This document shows, piece by piece, positions 1 through 10,095 of a DNA stretch of 64,000 nt. A model generated the notes under the pieces. The model did no database searches. It was not told the DNA's origin and worked only from the letters and a program-made list of their open reading frames with translations. Each line of letters opens with the position of its first letter. Position 1 is the first letter of the stretch. Both the position numbers and the translations under genes were made by a program. This DNA comes from Squalus acanthias (lineage: Eukaryota): positions 93,498,001 through 93,562,000 of the forward strand of contig CM059432.1 of NCBI GenBank assembly GCA_030390025.1, in the 5' to 3' direction.

Positions 1-207
1 TTGATGGTCTAACTCATCATACTTTTCGGAAATTATTATTTATATGTGCCACTTGAGATTTCCTTCCTCTGAATAAACTTACTTTTCTCTACAAAACAAC
101 AATGACTAAGCTTCAAAAATAATTCACTGGTTGTGAAGAGCTTTGGGAGTCCTGTGAATGGAAAAGGCACTTTATAAAAAGGTAGTGGAAATGACTGTGG
201 ATACTGG

Positions 208-370
208 GTTAATAAAAAGTTTCAAGACCTAGATCGATAAGATTGTTAGTTAAGGGTTTCAAGGAATATGGAGCTAAGGCGGGTAAATGGAGTTGAGGTG
301 CAGAACAGCCATAATCTAATTGAATGGCAAAACAGGTTCGAGGAGCTGAATGGCCTCCTCCTGTTCCTAT
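208..370 (+). mobile_element. CR1 LINE 3' end fragment
   Basis: Resembles the CR1 3' ends at 48660-48830 and 60920-61084 (aaatggagttgagg...cagccat...gaatggc...ttcgagg...gaatggcct). Confidence 0.7.
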
Positions 371-1342
371 CTTGGTGTATATATTTAAATTGTTTTTTTC
401 TTTTACTTCCTTCGTTTCATCGCTAGATACTACTCCAGCATTGCCTAGAGTCATCCATCCTAAACATCCGCTGGATAGATTTCTGTAAATGGCAGTTTGT
501 CACAATAAATACTTGAATCTTCCATCATTCTTTACAATTTTACTATAAACAGGAGGAGTCACTGAAACCAAGGCCTCCATGCAATTTAGTTACTTACTTC
601 ACTTCCATTTACCATGGCACTGAACACAAATATCATTAATAGCACGGGAAGAAATAAAAAGTGAAATCACAGGAGAGAACACAAAACTGACAGCTTTGTT
701 AAAATGACCCATGCATGACCAACAAGCAGATATAATTTGTACAGAATTCCAGCTGAATGGAAAATCAATCTTCACAAATCTAGGCAACAATTTTCATCAC
801 ATTGGATAAAGAGATGGCTAGGGTACAGAAAGCAAAGTGTAGGAGGCAAGTGGATGTTTTTCAGATTGACTGGATGTAGGTAGTGGAATGGGGATCTGTG
901 CCGGGACCTCATTTGTTTGAGTTTATAAAAATGACCAGGACATAGGCACAAAAAGAATGAAAGCAAAGTTTTCTGCTATCAAATTAGGGATGTGGCAGAA
1001 TGTAAGGATGAATGCAGGAGTTTGCTGACAGATTAGCAAAATGAGCAAATGGGTGGCACACACATTTCAATGCAGAGAAGTGTGAAATAGTACATTTGGG
1101 GGAAAGAAAGTATACCCTAAAAAGCAAGATTTTAAAATTAAAAGTAATTCAGACCCCATTTTAAAGTCATACCTTATGGCCTTATTTTGTTTAATACTTT
1201 GATTTTTAATTTATAGTTAAATAGCAAAACTGAGGACAATTTGGGAAGAAGAGAAGCCAAGTTGGTTGAAGCTGAGGAACAAGGAGGCAAAACTGAGGTT
1301 CTGAAGCATCATCACTGGGAAAAAGGTGTAATTACAACTTGA

Positions 1343-1620
1343 TGCGGAGATGCCGGTGTTGGACTGGGGTGGACAAAAATGAGAAGTCGCACAACACCAG
1401 GTTATAGTCCAACAGTTTTATTTGAAATCACAAGCTTTCGGAGCTGTTGCTCCTTCGTCGGGTGAAATAAAGAGATACAGAATCGCCAAAGCATATATAT
1501 ATGCTTTGGCGATTCTGTATCTCTTTACTTCACCCGACGAAGGAGCAACAGCTCCGAAAGCTTGTGATTTCAAATAAAACTGTTGGACTATAACCTGGTG
1601 TTGTGCGACTTCTCATTTTT
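1343..1620. mobile_element. Penelope-like 3' end arranged as a fold-back palindrome, flanked by a target-site duplication
   Basis: 1375-1497 and 1498-1620 are reverse complements with one mismatch (1467/1528). Direct repeat aattacaacttga at 1330-1342 and 1621-1633. Same sequence as the terminus of the GIY-YIG element at 19045-19170. Confidence 0.85.
1530..1567 (+). ncRNA. Minimal type I hammerhead ribozyme motif (variant core CCGACGA); mirror copy on - strand at 1428-1465
   Basis: tcac | CCGACGA | a-ggagc-aaca-gctcc | GAAA | gctt | gtga. Stem I tcac/gtga, stem II ggagc/gctcc, loopless palindromic stem III (AAGCTT), predicted triplet CUU. Confidence 0.65.
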
Positions 1621-1800
1621 AATTACAACTTGACAGGTTTACATAGGCAGTTTCTGTTATGAATGTGGACAGATATTTATAATTGGAAAGTTGTACAGGA
1701 AGTAAAATCTTCTAGGCAGGAAATACACACAGAAATACTATTGTTTCATATACAACAGATAAAATACTTCACTACAACTGGCTGTCAAGGCAAAGACATT

Positions 1801-2546
1801 GGGCCAGAAATTCGGCTCTCCGGCTTCCCACGGGTGCATGAATCGCGCACGTACCTACATACCGCGCCTGCCGTTGTGCTTCGGGCCCGCGTGGAATTCG
1901 GCTCCTGGGCCTCCTGCAGCTGCCGGTGCGCAGTGCTTGCAGGGGCGCAGTTAGTTCGAAGCGTCCCCTGGGATCACGTGGGCCATGGAGAGCCAATCGG
2001 AGCAGGGAATCTTCATTCATAGATTTGACAGGAAGACCTGTCAAATCTATGAATAGAGATCGGCCCCAAAACCTCACTAAAACTTCAAATAAATTTTAAA
2101 AAAAAATCAAATTTTTAAAATAACTATAAATTACATAAATTAACTACTTTAAACAAAAATTTAAATTTTTGAAAAAATTAATTACACTTTTTAACAGTGC
2201 TAAAAATAAACTTACCTTTCTTTAAAGTATGTAAAAAAGATAAACCTGTTGAAAAAATGTTTCAATTGTACTTAATTCACCACTTACCTTGTTAAAAGCA
2301 GGCCTTGCACCTCCTTTTTTCCCGCGCAGCTTCTCCGTACTTACCCTCACGGAGAAACCTGAAAAAAAAAACGAAGTTCGAGGTCTACGCGCTGCCTCTC
2401 CGGCGCACGCGTTCGACCTCTGAACCCCTTCCTTCAGGAGAACGGAAGTTCCGGTTTCCAGCGCATGCGCAAAACTGGCACTTTCGTCGGGTCGACGGGT
2501 GAGTACCCAGTGCGTACTCACCCGTGGAGACCCGAATTTCTGGCCC
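1801..2546. mobile_element. Harbinger-type MITE, family A
   Basis: TIR gggccagaaattcgg / ccgaatttctggccc; flanks att / aat; GC-rich ends around an AT-rich core; homologous to 45308-46013. Confidence 0.8.
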
Positions 2547-2644
2547 AATATCATTGAAAAGGGAATTGGATAAGTATTTGAAAAAGAATATAAAAGGGTA
2601 GGGAAATGGGTTTACAGTAGATCATTCATTCGAAGAGCTAGCAC

Positions 2645-2811
2645 CAATGTTCCTGGCAAGGTGCGTGGCCGTGCAGTAATCTCAAAGGTCCTGCACAGGC
2701 CGCTCACCGGTTTTTACATTTTAAATACTGCACATACGTAGAAATTGAAAGGGACCACGCATTAAAAGAAACAGGCTGTGCAGGACAAAGCGCAGCTTAC
2801 AGGGGACATTG
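2645..2811. mobile_element. Short hAT-like MITE
   Basis: Imperfect TIR caatgttcctggcaag / cttacaggggacattg; 8-bp flanks gctagcac / gttggcac (6 of 8 match). Confidence 0.55.
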
Positions 2812-3339
2812 GTTGGCACTGTGCCCAAATGCCTCTTTCTGCGCTACAATTTTATGATTTATTTAGGAATTCATTTTAAATGTAGAAAAATGCCATTTCA
2901 AGTGGAAGAACAAAATATAAGGAGTGAGCTACAAATTAGTAAATGAAAAAAATAATATCGTTAAGAAAAATATTCCCGAATGATTGTGGACAAATGCACT
3001 TGGGATGGTACTGAGCCTGACAGAGCAGGAAAGTTCCAGGTTCAATACCCGATTTATTGGAGTTCAGTTGGGTGGCAGTGAGGACACTATATTTGGCCTA
3101 TGTCTTTGGATTAGGGGTGAGGGTGAAATCAGAGAAGAAAAACAGCCAATAGTTATGCATTTGGAACCATAACCCCAGTAAAAGTCAGTTCCTTCAGGAG
3201 ATAAGGACACAAAGAATGGCAAAATAAAAGTGGATTCAGAGTAGCCCAGTTCAAAGAAATGGTATCCTTGTGACCCCATAGTCACCAAGGGTTTCACGGC
3301 ATGAGCCCTTCTGCGGAAAAATAAGGAGACTGCAGTAAC

Positions 3340-4635
3340 AAAACCAACCATTTATATCGTAACTTTAATGTAAAAAGCATCCCTGGGGGTTTCCCAAATA
3401 TGCATAATGAAAACAGACCCCGAGCCAGGAAGGAAGAAATTATAAAGGGTATCTGAAGGCTAGGTTGAAGAATTATGTCTTGAGAAGGTTTTTAAATGTG
3501 GAGAGAGAAGCGCAGAGTCCGAGAAGTTTAGGGAAAGGCTTCCAAAGTGGAGCAGCGAAGCAACTAAAGTCTCAACCACCAAAGGGAAAGGGATGTACAG
3601 AAGGCAGGAGTCAGAAGAATGCAGCATTTGTGGGGTACATAGGGTTGGAGGAGATTGCAAAGATAGGGTGGGCACAGTCCTGGAGAGATTTATAGACAAG
3701 GTCAATGATTTTAAATTGAATGTGTTGGAGAACAGCTTCCTAGAATAGGTCAGTGAGGACGGGGACAATGGGCAGAGTTGAAGTTTATGAAGAGCGAACG
3801 ATGAGTGGCCAACAAGGAAAGTGTTACTGTAGTCAAGTATGGAGGCATATGTATGAGTTTCAGCAGCAAAGGGGCTGAGGTAGGTAATGTTGCGAAACTG
3901 GAAGTAAGTTGTCTTGATGATGGATCAGATGTGGGCTTTAAAGCTTAGCACAGGGTTGAACAAGGTGCCAAGATTATAATGAGTCTTGTTGAGCCTGAGC
4001 ATGTGGCCGGGGAGGGTGATAGAGTCAGTGGCAAAGGAGCACAGTTGGTAGTGAGGGCCAAAGATAAAGGTTTCGGTCTTCTCAATTTTGAACTGCAGGA
4101 AGCTGCAACTCACCTATGACAATATCAGACAAGCAGTCTTACAACATAGAGGTTGTTCAGGGGTTGAGAAGTTTTGGAGAGATAGAAATCACGAGCATAT
4201 ATGTGATCTCTCACCCCATGACTGTGGATGATATGAATGATAACATATTGATATGGAAGAGGAGTGGAGTTAGGGACAGGTGACTGTGCGGGTAAGGGAA
4301 AAAAACATTGCTAGAGGTGGCCTAGCTGCATTCAGATAAGTTGGAATGGAACTATGCAAGAGAATTCCCATAGAGCTGGGTGATGAAAAAGGAGGTATTG
4401 GAGGAGGATGGTGTGGCCAACTATACTGAACACGATGGAAAAGTTGAAGAGGACAAGAAGAGATGGTGAACTATGGTTACAGATGATGCCATTCATGACT
4501 TTAGCTGTTTCAGTGCCGAGAAGGATGGAAGCTAGGCTGGAGACATTTGAACATGGAGTTTCGGGAGAGATGAGAACGGAGCTGACATGTTTGAGGACCT
4601 CAAGAGAGGAAAGAGATGTTAGAAATGGTAGTTAG
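3340..4635 (-). mobile_element. Decayed L2-clade LINE 3' portion
   Basis: Minus-strand MSCSFLQFKIEKTETFIFG resembles the L2 RT C-terminal motif; 3' tail similar to 53350-53590; similar to 7590-8350. Confidence 0.7.
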
Positions 4636-4639
4636 AGAA

Positions 4640-5520
4640 TCTCTCCTGCCTTCCATCCTATCACAGACTTTCCCTTTGTTCTTTCCTCCCTGCCCCTGCT
4701 TAATAATCTCTCTTCTCTAACCTTTTCCAGTTCTGATGAAGGGTCCGCGACTTGAAACATTGGGCTGGATTTTGATACTGGGGCGGGTTGGGGTCGTGTC
4801 ATCCGCTTTTCGTGTTATCCACCCAACTGCAATTGGATGTGGGAGATTGATGCAATTTTAACCTAATTGGGCAATTGAGTTCCAGCATGTGGGAACGCAT
4901 GAACTAATTAGTGATTTCAGTCTGAAAGTCGCCTCTGATGATGTCATCATTGCTGCTGCATTGAAGGTCAGAGACTGCCTGGCCTTTGCTGTGAGAGGAC
5001 CTGGTTGCAAAATGAGCGAGCGAGGAGCGAGAGAATTTTTTTTACACCACCATTCCCAGATATGGCTCCTCCATCCCAGATTCCTGCCAGCCCCAGTCAC
5101 TGATAGTCAGCTATCCAAATGTGCTCCCGCCAGGTTTCACAATCGTGTTTCAGAACAGGCGTGCTTCACGGAGAGCAAGGGTTAAAATCACAAAGGCCTT
5201 TCAAAATGGCATTATAGAGCCAATTTAGTGCTTGTTAAGAGCCTTAACAGCCTATCCCGTCTCTTAGAGGCGGGACGGAGTCGGGACCAGCAGACACGAT
5301 TTAATGGAAATTGCGTAGAGGCGGGATGGAGGCGGACTTGTGCCTGCCCGCCAGTTTTTGCAATTTTAACCCCCCACACGCCTCCAAACCCGCCTCCATG
5401 GGTCAATGAAAATCCAGCCCATTGACTCTGTTTCTCTCTCCTCAATGCTGCCTGACCTGCTGAGTGTTTCCAGCATTTTCTGTTGTTATTTCAGATTTTC
5501 AGCATCCGCAGTATTTTGCT
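4640..5520 (+). mobile_element. HHR-bearing repeat (probably Penelope-derived 3' end), split by a MITE
   Basis: 4640-4761 joined to 5424-5520 reconstructs the repeat seen uninterrupted at 42320-42560; HHR core agtt-CTGATGA-agggtccgcgactt-GAAAC-att at 4729-4761. Confidence 0.8.
4762..5420. mobile_element. Harbinger-type MITE, family B (659 bp)
   Basis: Perfect 12-bp TIR gggctggatttt / aaaatccagccc; 3-bp TSD att (4759-4761, 5421-5423). Confidence 0.9.
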
Positions 5521-7589
5521 ATTGTGTTGGAGAAGACAATTGGGGTGAGGTTTTTTTTTGAGATGGCGGGGGGGGGGGGGGGGTGGGGGCGGGGGAGATG
5601 ATGCCAGTTACGAAGGAGAGAGGGACAGTGCCTGAGGAAAGACAGCCATTGACAATAGAAGCTAGCATGGGATGGGGGGGGGGGGTTAATTGGTGAGGGG
5701 ATCATGGGAGCAGTAGATGGGTCTCATGGATAAGATGAACTTGGAGAGGGCAGGCAGAGATGGGGCGTGAAACTGCAAAGACAGGGATCCTCGGCTAGGG
5801 AGCACACATTCTGCTGATTTTTAATTCACAGATAGGGTCAGAGATTTGAGGTATCAAATCCTGAGGACTGCACAGTACGAAGTGGTTGCCAGGAGCAGAT
5901 GATAAGAGATGGGCTCCATGATTGTCCCACGGAAGAATCCCTAGGAAAGTGTAAAGGCAAGTCAGGGGCTTGTTTGAGGAATTCAAGCCTGGAAAAAGCA
6001 GTGATAGGAGGAAAGAGGGATTAAGGGAGGCATGGTCCTGGACAAGGGAGAGATGAAAGGTTTAATGACCGGTGAGAGGAAGAGGAGGAGCGAGGTGTGC
6101 AGGGCTCAAGTAAGGTTGATAAAGCAAATTAGGAGTAATACAGCCAATGTGCGCATGAAAATTGACACAGCAACATTTCATGTTTCAATAGCACTTTATC
6201 TTCACCATATGAAGAAATGAACTGGCCTTCAAAACCATAAATTCCAATTTTGGTATGCTAAGGATGAAACAGAAAATCATCATGTGCTTGTGAACAGTAT
6301 GGCCTAATGAGCTATTCTCATGGAATGACTAAATAACAGTACATTCCCAAAATCAGACGTGAAAATGATTTTCATGCGAAAATAGCCTGCTCTAGAGTTC
6401 CCAGCTTTGGATGAAAACACACTGCATAATATCCATGCACTTGAGGCAGAAGCAGCTGCTGTGCTGGTGCCCTGGAAAAGTACAGCATACTTTAATGAAT
6501 ATCTCATCCACAGGGATGCTATTTTCACTCTTGGGTCATATTTTTAAAAAAAAGCTACATTGAACACATTGTTTCTTGTTTGCTAGTTTGAGGAAGGAAA
6601 GGCCTGTGCAAAGAGTGAAAATGTTCTGCTTGATATGACTGTATATTCATGGTGGTAATAATGGCACAAACACTTGCTCCTTTTAGCTTCACACTGGAAT
6701 TTAGGTGTGGCTCTGTGCTAGTTGACAATATTGTGCTAGACAGGAGTAAAATTGTCATCTCTTGAATTGGTCATAGCATCACTGTCTTGGACTTCAAACT
6801 GAATAATGATTCCCTCTTCAATGAATTGTGCATTCTTGCCCACATTATAAAAGGAGTTTCTAAGTTTGCCATTCATGTTATTTTTAGGGAAAAAGTACTG
6901 AAAAGCACAAGTTACAGGATAGATTATTATGCCAAGACAGAAATGGCCCTGATGTGGAGGCGAATTGAATTGTTGCTTTGGAAATAGTTGCACCAGCAGC
7001 AATAAGATTCCTCACAGGAGTTCCCAATCATTATTGAGCGATTGATTAATTGGGTCAGACCTGGCCACAGAAAATCCTAACATACTTTAGGTCATTGGGA
7101 AATAAACTTATGAAGCCTCTAAACTCTATTAGCATACACCTTCAAAAATAAAGATCACATAGTAGGCAGGATGCCACAGTGAATTATCACAACTATCCTT
7201 TCACCTCTGAAATCTGGGTTTAAAAGTCTACCCTGTTTACTTATCGTCAGGAGCTACTATGAAATGAGTTTGCACAGTCCAAATTCAATTTAGCGGTCTT
7301 AAGGCTAGAGCACAAAATTGTTCGTAATTCAAAACATATTAGCACAGTTGTTCAGTCAGGCCATAGAACTGGCTGGTGTGAGAAGTGAAAAAAAATGCAC
7401 TGGTGGGTCAGGGAATTTTTCTCTAGGGGTTGAAGCAGAGTAGCAGACTCTACTCTAGACTTGCCCCATGCTATACCTGATGCGAGAACACTTGACATGG
7501 AATTATGGTACATTAATTAAAAAAAGATGAAAACCCACAATACCAGCAATTCCATTGCTTTTGCCCATGAAACTGCTCAATACTAAGTA

Positions 7590-8350
7590 GCAATCATGCA
7601 CTAGGGAGGCCGGCCAGGAGTGCATTGGAATAGTCAAGTCTAGAGGTGATAAAGGCATGGATGAAGGTTTCAGCAGCAGATAAGTTGAGGGAAGGCTGGA
7701 GACAGGCGATATTATGAAGGTAGAAATGGGCAGTCTTAGTGATAGAATGGATATGAGGTAGGAAGCTCAATTCATGATCAAATATGACACCAAGATTGCG
7801 AACAGACTTGATCAGCCTTAGAGAGTTCGAATCAGTGGAAAGGGAATGGAGTTTGTGGCATGAACCAAAGACAATGGCTTCAGTCTTCGATATTTAATTG
7901 GAGGAATTTTCTACTCATCCAGTGTTGGATGTTGGACAAGCAGTCTGATAGCATAGAGACGGTGGAGGGTTTGAGAGAGGTGCAGGAGAGGTAGAGCTGG
8001 GTATCATCAGCATACATGTGAAAACTCACGCTGTGTTGCCGGATGATGTCACCGAGGGGCAGCATGTAGATGAGAAATAGGAGCCGGACAAGGATAGATC
8101 CTTGGGGGACACCAGAGGTGACAGTGTGGGATCGGGAAGAGGAGCCATTACAGGTAATTCGAGGGCTACGGTTGGAAAAATAGGAATGGAACCAGACAAG
8201 TGCAGTCCCATCCAGCTGGACGACGGTGGAGAGGCGTTGGAGCAGAATTTTGTGGTCAACTGTGTCAAAGGCTGCAGACAGGTCCAGAAAGACGAGAAGG
8301 GACAGATTACTTTTCTCGCAGTCAATTAGGATGACATTTGTGACCTTGAT
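7590..8350 (-). mobile_element. L2-clade LINE reverse transcriptase fragment
   Basis: ORF 7880-8065 contains FHMYADDTQLYLS...WMSRKFLQLNI; upstream codons give LLDLSAAFDTVD and GVPQG-like motifs. Confidence 0.85.
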
Positions 8351-9084
8351 TTGTCATTTGAATCAGGTTATATTTGTTCAAATATTGAGAACTCAGTCTG
8401 AAGAATCTGTAATGAAGAAGCTCTCCCTGTGTTAATTAACTCTTAAAATAATTTTTACTTGTACTGAAAATGTAAAGTCAACTGGGGAAATTGGCTTGTA
8501 GAATTTTGCTCCCCATATTTCTTCTTTCAATCTGGTAATTCCAGGCCTGAAATATTCTTCTCGTTTAACAGTATTTAGTTATATAGCACCATATCACTTT
8601 GAAACATCTCAAAATGCACCGTACTGTAAGCTACATAAAGTGCAGTAACTGTTATATAGGAACTTCAGCAACAACGTCAGGCAGATAGCAATGAGATGAA
8701 TGACCAGTTAATTTGTTTCTGTGTGGTACTGGTTGAGGGAGAAATGCTGCCTAGGGCACCAGGAGAACTCTCTACTCTTCTTGAAAAAGTGCAACAGAAA
8801 AAGAATATGAAAAGAAAGACAGGCATTTATGGAGTGCCTTGTGTGTCTCAGATGTCTCAAGCCCTTGATGCAATGAATGGCTTTTGAGAGTGCAATGACT
8901 TTTATTTAGGCAAATGCAACAGCATTTTGCATACACCAAGATTCCATAGTAGTAGGATGATCAGTTCAGGGATGGATGCTGGCCGGGAGAGGAGGGCTCC
9001 CCCCTGCTCTTTATCAAAAAATGTCATGGGTTCTTTAACGTCTACCTAAAGCTCTGGCACAAGCAAACATTTCATCAAATGAAG

Positions 9085-10095
9085 GAAGAAAGAACTTAAA
9101 TGAAAACAGAAAACACTGGAAATTCTCAGCCAGCATCTGTGGAGAGAGAAACAGAGTTAACGGGCTGGATTTTGATACTGGGGTCGGGTTGGTGTCGTGA
9201 ATCCCACATTTTGGCTTGTAGACCCGCCTCCATCGAGATGTGGCCAACCCACTGTATTTTCCCTTGCTTGACCTTGTTGAGCCCGCCCAGTGGGCTCAGC
9301 AGGCCAATTAAGGGCCACCCGGCAACAGGTGACGTCACAGATTGACATTTCATCTGTCAAGAGCTTTTGACAGATGAAATATCAGCGTTTGACAGCTCTG
9401 TGAAGCTGTCAAACACTGACAATATGATTTCTAACTTGAGTCCTTCCTCTCAGGCTGAGTTAGAAATCATTCCACCACAGAAAACAGAAGGCTGCAGTTT
9501 TTGACAGTACCACGGCTTTTCTGCTTTCTGTGCCGGTGAGATTTCTGACTCCCGAGAACTGAAGGGCTGACACCTGCAGGAGGAAGTTAAGGAAAGTAAA
9601 ACTTTTTCCAACACTTAGCACTTACCTTACACACTTACCTCTGCACACATGCACCCATCACTCACCTGCCCACCAGACATATCGACCCCTCCAACCCCTG
9701 CAGACCCACGGTCCGCCCCGATAACTTGGCGTGGTTGCCACCTGTCGGGAAGCCCACATTTCACCTTTTAAAATAGGGATTAGGCAAAAAACTGCCTGTT
9801 AACTACCTGTTAACAGGCAGTTAATTGTCATTAATCCCTTCCCGCCTCGGGGAGTTGGGTCTCAGCACAGGTCGGGTACCCGCCGCCAGCGAAACTGACA
9901 TGGAGGCGGGTTGGAGGCGGGATGGGGTCGGGACCCCCGAATCTGCAACTTTAACCCCCCACACGCCTCCAAACCCGACTCCACGGGTCATTGAAAATCC
10001 AGCCCAACGTTTCAGATCGATGACCTTTCATCGAAACTGGAAGATGTTAGAGATGAACAGCTTTTAAGCAAGTGCAGAGCCAGGAAAATGGAGGA
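9085..10095 (-). mobile_element. HHR-bearing repeat (same family as 42223-42560), split by a MITE
   Basis: Minus strand reads ctctaacatcttccagtttcgatgaaaggtcatcgatctgaaacgtt [MITE] gttaactctgtttctctctccacagatgctg. Confidence 0.8.
9162..10005. mobile_element. Harbinger-type MITE, family B (844 bp)
   Basis: Perfect 12-bp TIR gggctggatttt / aaaatccagccc; TSD aac (9159-9161, 10006-10008); ends shared with 4762-5420, interior different. Confidence 0.9.

Noticed and set aside
6150..7010. Cluster of short ORFs, possibly an ancient coding or TE remnant
   Set aside because: No motif recognised in any frame, so it cannot be supported without a database search.
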